This document shows positions 60,100-64,000 of a stretch of DNA of 64,000 bases, piece by piece. The stretch comes from Iphione sp. A-MEVVRFRX5 (taxonomy: Eukaryota). The stretch covers positions 30,380,001 through 30,444,000 of the forward strand of contig OZ320322.1 in assembly GCA_976226885.1 (NCBI GenBank), in the 5' to 3' direction. Under the pieces are notes generated by a model. It was given only the letters and a program-made list of their open reading frames with translations, was not told the origin of the DNA and did no database searches. Numbering within the stretch: the stretch's first letter is position 1; every line of letters starts with the position of its first letter. A program made the position numbers and the translations under genes.

Positions 60100-60560
60100 T
60101 CCCTCTTCACCGGCCTGAGGCACGTCCCTTGGTGCGGAGGACACTGACAAGGGTAATGTCCATCCCCCCAGCAACACTCGCGCTGACTCTACATGTACAG
60201 TTTATGTCAGTGCGACCACGTAAAGCGCTGGCGATCGGACGGAGCGAGCGAAGAGGCGGCTTCACATTAAAGCAGGTTTGTGCACAGGTGCGGGCACAGG
60301 GAGCTAACCGCCACTAACCTACCCCCCGCCCTCTCGACGACGACGACAACGACGACCACGACCCGTCTGCCGATCGACGCGCCTATATAGTCCATATGTG
60401 TGAGCTCCCCCCTCCCCCCCAACACACTCACATACCGTCAGGTGGTGGGACGACACTAGCCAGCGCGATGAGAGACAGAAAAAAAGCACACACACAGAGG
60501 TTCTTGGGGGCACGTCTCCCACCCCCTACAGCGGTCAAAGGTCAATGAGTCCTCACCTCT
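60100..60560 (-). promoter_or_regulatory. CpG-rich putative promoter/5' region of a TRAK isoform
   Basis: Dense CpG (cgacgacgacgac...gatcgacgcgcc); minus-strand TATATAGG at 60382-60389; overlapping donor motifs GTATGTGAGT at 60426-60435. Confidence 0.35.
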
Positions 60561-61619
60561 CACTGGATGAAAGGGGCTGGGCGGAGTGTTTGTCTGTGCG
60601 GGTGTCTGCGCATCGTTTCTCCTGAGTCTGTCTGTGTGTCTGTGTGTTCTGACTTACAAAGGTTCTCCCTTGGTGGTAAATTGTTAAACAGACGACTTCC
60701 CACCCCCCACCACCCCACCCCTACCCTCCGGCTCAGCTCGCTACCTTTGGTTGAACGATACAGAGTCCATAACGCTGCGGCTGTTACGGGGAAACCCGGT
60801 GGGAAACCCGCTCACTGACCCGACCCACCCTGCATGGAGGGATCGCTCCACTGGGCTGGAACCCAGCGCCGCCACCTATCGACTTCTGCAGGCAAAAGAC
60901 TTCCATTTTACCATCTTGCAACTTTTTGTAAAGTAAAATCTCTCTAATTACTTGGCTGTTCGTGGCCTTAAAGTTCAGAAGTTGCAGAGAAACATTTGAT
61001 TCTAAGACGACGGCTGGAATAACGAGATGACATGATTGTGGGGGAGATCATAGGGAAAGATTTCACTGTACATGTACATGTGTACATGTATGAAGCATAC
61101 ATCGCTTCCTCACCTCGTGATGACGAAGGTCATCTCATATAAAACTCAATCCTTTTAACACTGTACCTTAACCACGGCACGATATCTACATGTAATTAGA
61201 AATCCGACATCGCTCCAAGTGGTGAAACGAAATTCCAACGAGACGAGGAACCAGTCACTCTTCGAGTACTTGTTAGCGCAAGCTAGCTTCTAGCCAGAAT
61301 ACATCTGTTTGCTGACATATCTACTCTACGAACTTGCAATTGACGAAGGAAAACAGTTTAAGAAAGCTGGATGAAGTGCGGATGAAAATCGATCGGTCAA
61401 GGACAGAAATTAAGAAGCCACCTTTTCAAGGAAACCACCTTGGAGATTTGTAGTGGGGATGGAGGGGCAACAATTCCGAAATGCTTTCTTTGAAGCAAAG
61501 ACAAGACCTCTAAGAACGGCAGGTCTTTATCTGCTTCTCAGATCCTAAGATGGGATATTTCTCATTATGAAGTGTAGATCAACAGCGCAATCTGTAAAGT
61601 ACATGTATAGGTTAATAAA

Positions 61620-62233
61620 TGCTGATCTTTGATTTGAAAAATCTGTTCATTTGTAAGCAGCGCAGGCGCAGCATCACACGAGGGAGCGAGAAACAACCAC
61701 TAGCAATTGCAAGACCAAGACGTGAGCATTTCAGGCAGAGTTTCCTATATAAGGGAATAATAGAGTGGAACTCACTACCTGCTGCTGTCACAAAGATGTC
61801 AAGACAAAAATTCAAGAGAAATGTAAAACGCTTTGCAACATGAGAAATGCCTACATGAGGCAATCAAGGCATGTAAGAGTAGTAATGGATAATTGATGAG
61901 TAGTTGTACAGTTAAACTATGTATGGTAACCCACAATTCTATCATAAGCAAGTTAGGAGATGTTGTTGTACAAAGTGCTAGACTTTCAGGTGTTTGAGTA
62001 ACAGATTGATGATACCAGCATTATTCACTTATTGAATTGAGGATTTGCTACTCTGGAATAAGAATGTCATATTATATATAAGTTAACCATGCCAATTGGT
62101 GCAAGGATTGAATGTAACCAGGTGATCTGCATCAGCTGCATCAGTAAAGCAACACATTCAGCTGAGTGCTTATCGAAGAGCATCTTTGTAAAAGATGAAT
62201 ATTCGCTCAATAAAAGAAATTCAAATTCAAATC
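61620..62233 (+). mobile_element. 5'-truncated CR1/L2-clade LINE 3' end
   Basis: ORF tail TRGSEKQPLAIARPRREHFRQSFLYKGIIEWNSLPAAV..FKRNVK is the typical LINE C-terminal SF.Y.G...WN.LP..FK pattern. It is followed by a 3' UTR, AATAAA at 62209-62214 and an (ATTCAA)n tail. Confidence 0.85.
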
Positions 62234-62803
62234 ATACAATCTCTAGTCGCATCCGTAAATATCAGCCATGAATATAGGATTAGAGTCATACTGGATATAT
62301 ATGTGTATATATATGTACGCACATTCATTTATATCTCCTTTCCAGTGTATATATGATACGTAGCTGGTAATGTTTCTTTCTAGAATAAAAGCTCATTAAT
62401 GAACGGAAAAAAGAAAACAGACGCTAAGACTCTTTCTTTGAAAATGTAACGTGTTTTTGGCGTGATTATAGCCTCAGATAACTGCAGATGCATGTGATGC
62501 CGACACGAGATATACCGTAAGCCTAGCAAATATTAGATAGGATGTAGGTTATATAAGACAAGCAATAAAAACTACACACAAGCCAAACATATACACGTAC
62601 TAGTGTATCAATACGTTATGAAAAACACAGTGCTGCAATCTGGAGATCACAATGCCATCGTATTAAGACTGCCGTCTGTTTTCGTCAACACCGTCTCACG
62701 AGGTACTTGAGCCAGCTTCATTATAAACCTGTCTCTTTGTGCCTATGTCTGTCTGTCTCTCTCTCTGTCTCTGTCTTTCTCTCCCCTTATCTCTCTCTGC
62801 CTG

Positions 62804-62968
62804 NNNNNNNNNNNNNNNNNNNNNNNNNNNNNNNNNNNNNNNNNNNNNNNNNNNNNNNNNNNNNNNNNNNNNNNNNNNNNNNNNNNNNNNNNNNNNNNNN
62901 NNNNNNNNNNNNNNNNNNNNNNNNNNNNNNNNNNNNNNNNNNNNNNNNNNNNNNNNNNNNNNNNNNNN
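62804..62968. other. Assembly gap (end approximate)
   Basis: Run of N next to a CT-rich microsatellite. Confidence 0.97.
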
Positions 62969-64000
62969 TTTTTCTGTCCTTGTCACTTTGTAGCACAATT
63001 TACTGGCTGGCTATCCCTCATCCTCAGTCTCGTGTGTGCACATCATTCACAGCATCTGTAGTTCTCATCGTGTCAGATCCTACTTGCGGGTGGTCAGCCC
63101 TACTTTATTAATTTTTCAAAAGGCAGTCATTTGGGTGATTACTTTACTGAGATACTCACCATTCACATTCGGGCTAATGATTCCCCCGAGGGTCGGGGCC
63201 GCAAAGCAAATTAATAGCTATTTCAAACTAGAAATGTGTTCATTAGTGACAACACGCTACAAGCTCATAAAGCTATTTTTTAGGCAAAGGCATTAAATAT
63301 TTGTCTATTTACATCACCTTTCTGGTTTACGTTTTGTCTACATTATGTATGGCCATGACTTTGTGCTAACAATATCTACTTTAATGTACATGTACCTCTA
63401 GATTCGATCGCAATTAATTCATTGGGAGGGTTGCCAATAAAAAAAACAGAATATAGCCTTCGTGTAATGTCAGCAGAAAAACGTTTGTTTACCACGCGGA
63501 CATGGAAATTATGACTAACCCCTGACCTTCTTTATTATGATCGACTAATTACTTCTATAATCACGTAGAAACTCTTGTTTCCAGATTAGAGTGAGTCCCG
63601 TTTAGTTCAATTCTTTCTATATATACATTAACTTTAATGATACAGTAACTGGGGCAGCTTTGTGTAAATTATTAGACTAGGAGTGAGGAAGCCAAGCGTT
63701 TGAAGGTGAGATGAAGGGGACAGCCATGTCAACAGCCCGAGTGGAATTGTATAAATGGCTACAAGGGGAATACATGGAGAATCAAAGGGGTCGTTGAAAG
63801 TACATGCAGATGAGAACGGTGACACGTAAAGGGGGACGTAGGTCCTCTTCCCATAGACTACCGCAGCACTATGGCTCATACTCACAGAATATGAAACTGG
63901 TTGAAACGACCATAATTTGTGAAATGACGCTTGAAAATACGCGCACTAAGTACAAGTATATGATTGTATCCAAAGGATGTACTGGAATAACCGCATAACC

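Overview
Eukaryotic (metazoan) genomic DNA, not prokaryotic. It has spliceosomal GT-AG introns, GC-rich exons in a moderately AT-rich background, four short N gaps and many TACATGTA octamers. A lancelet (Branchiostoma-like) or similar marine invertebrate origin is my inference. Two convergent multi-exon genes fill the window. On + is WAC: 10 coding exons in 3241-22748, containing the WW domain and the C-terminal coiled coil, with the 5' end not found. On - is a TRAK/milton-family kinesin-dynein adaptor: 12 coding exons in 51226-31575, containing the HAP1_N and milton blocks, with the N-terminus not securely found. All junction phases reconcile by hand into continuous frames (608 and 1017 codons including the stop, after adding 1 nt from the missing upstream exon). 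The introns hold a decayed pogo/Tigger transposon, a TA-flanked MITE with internal minisatellites, a Penelope-like GIY-YIG remnant with a hammerhead-like motif, a 15-bp-TSD poly(A) retro-insertion and CR1/L2-type LINE 3' fragments. The most notable observation is an apparent C-terminal switch in TRAK. Read-through of one donor adds 446 aa ending in a polybasic stretch plus a CaaX box (CVLQ-stop). Two separate routes give an isoform ending SSV-stop (a class I PDZ ligand). Normal splicing gives the canonical long tail. All isoform claims are predictions from sequence alone and need RNA evidence.
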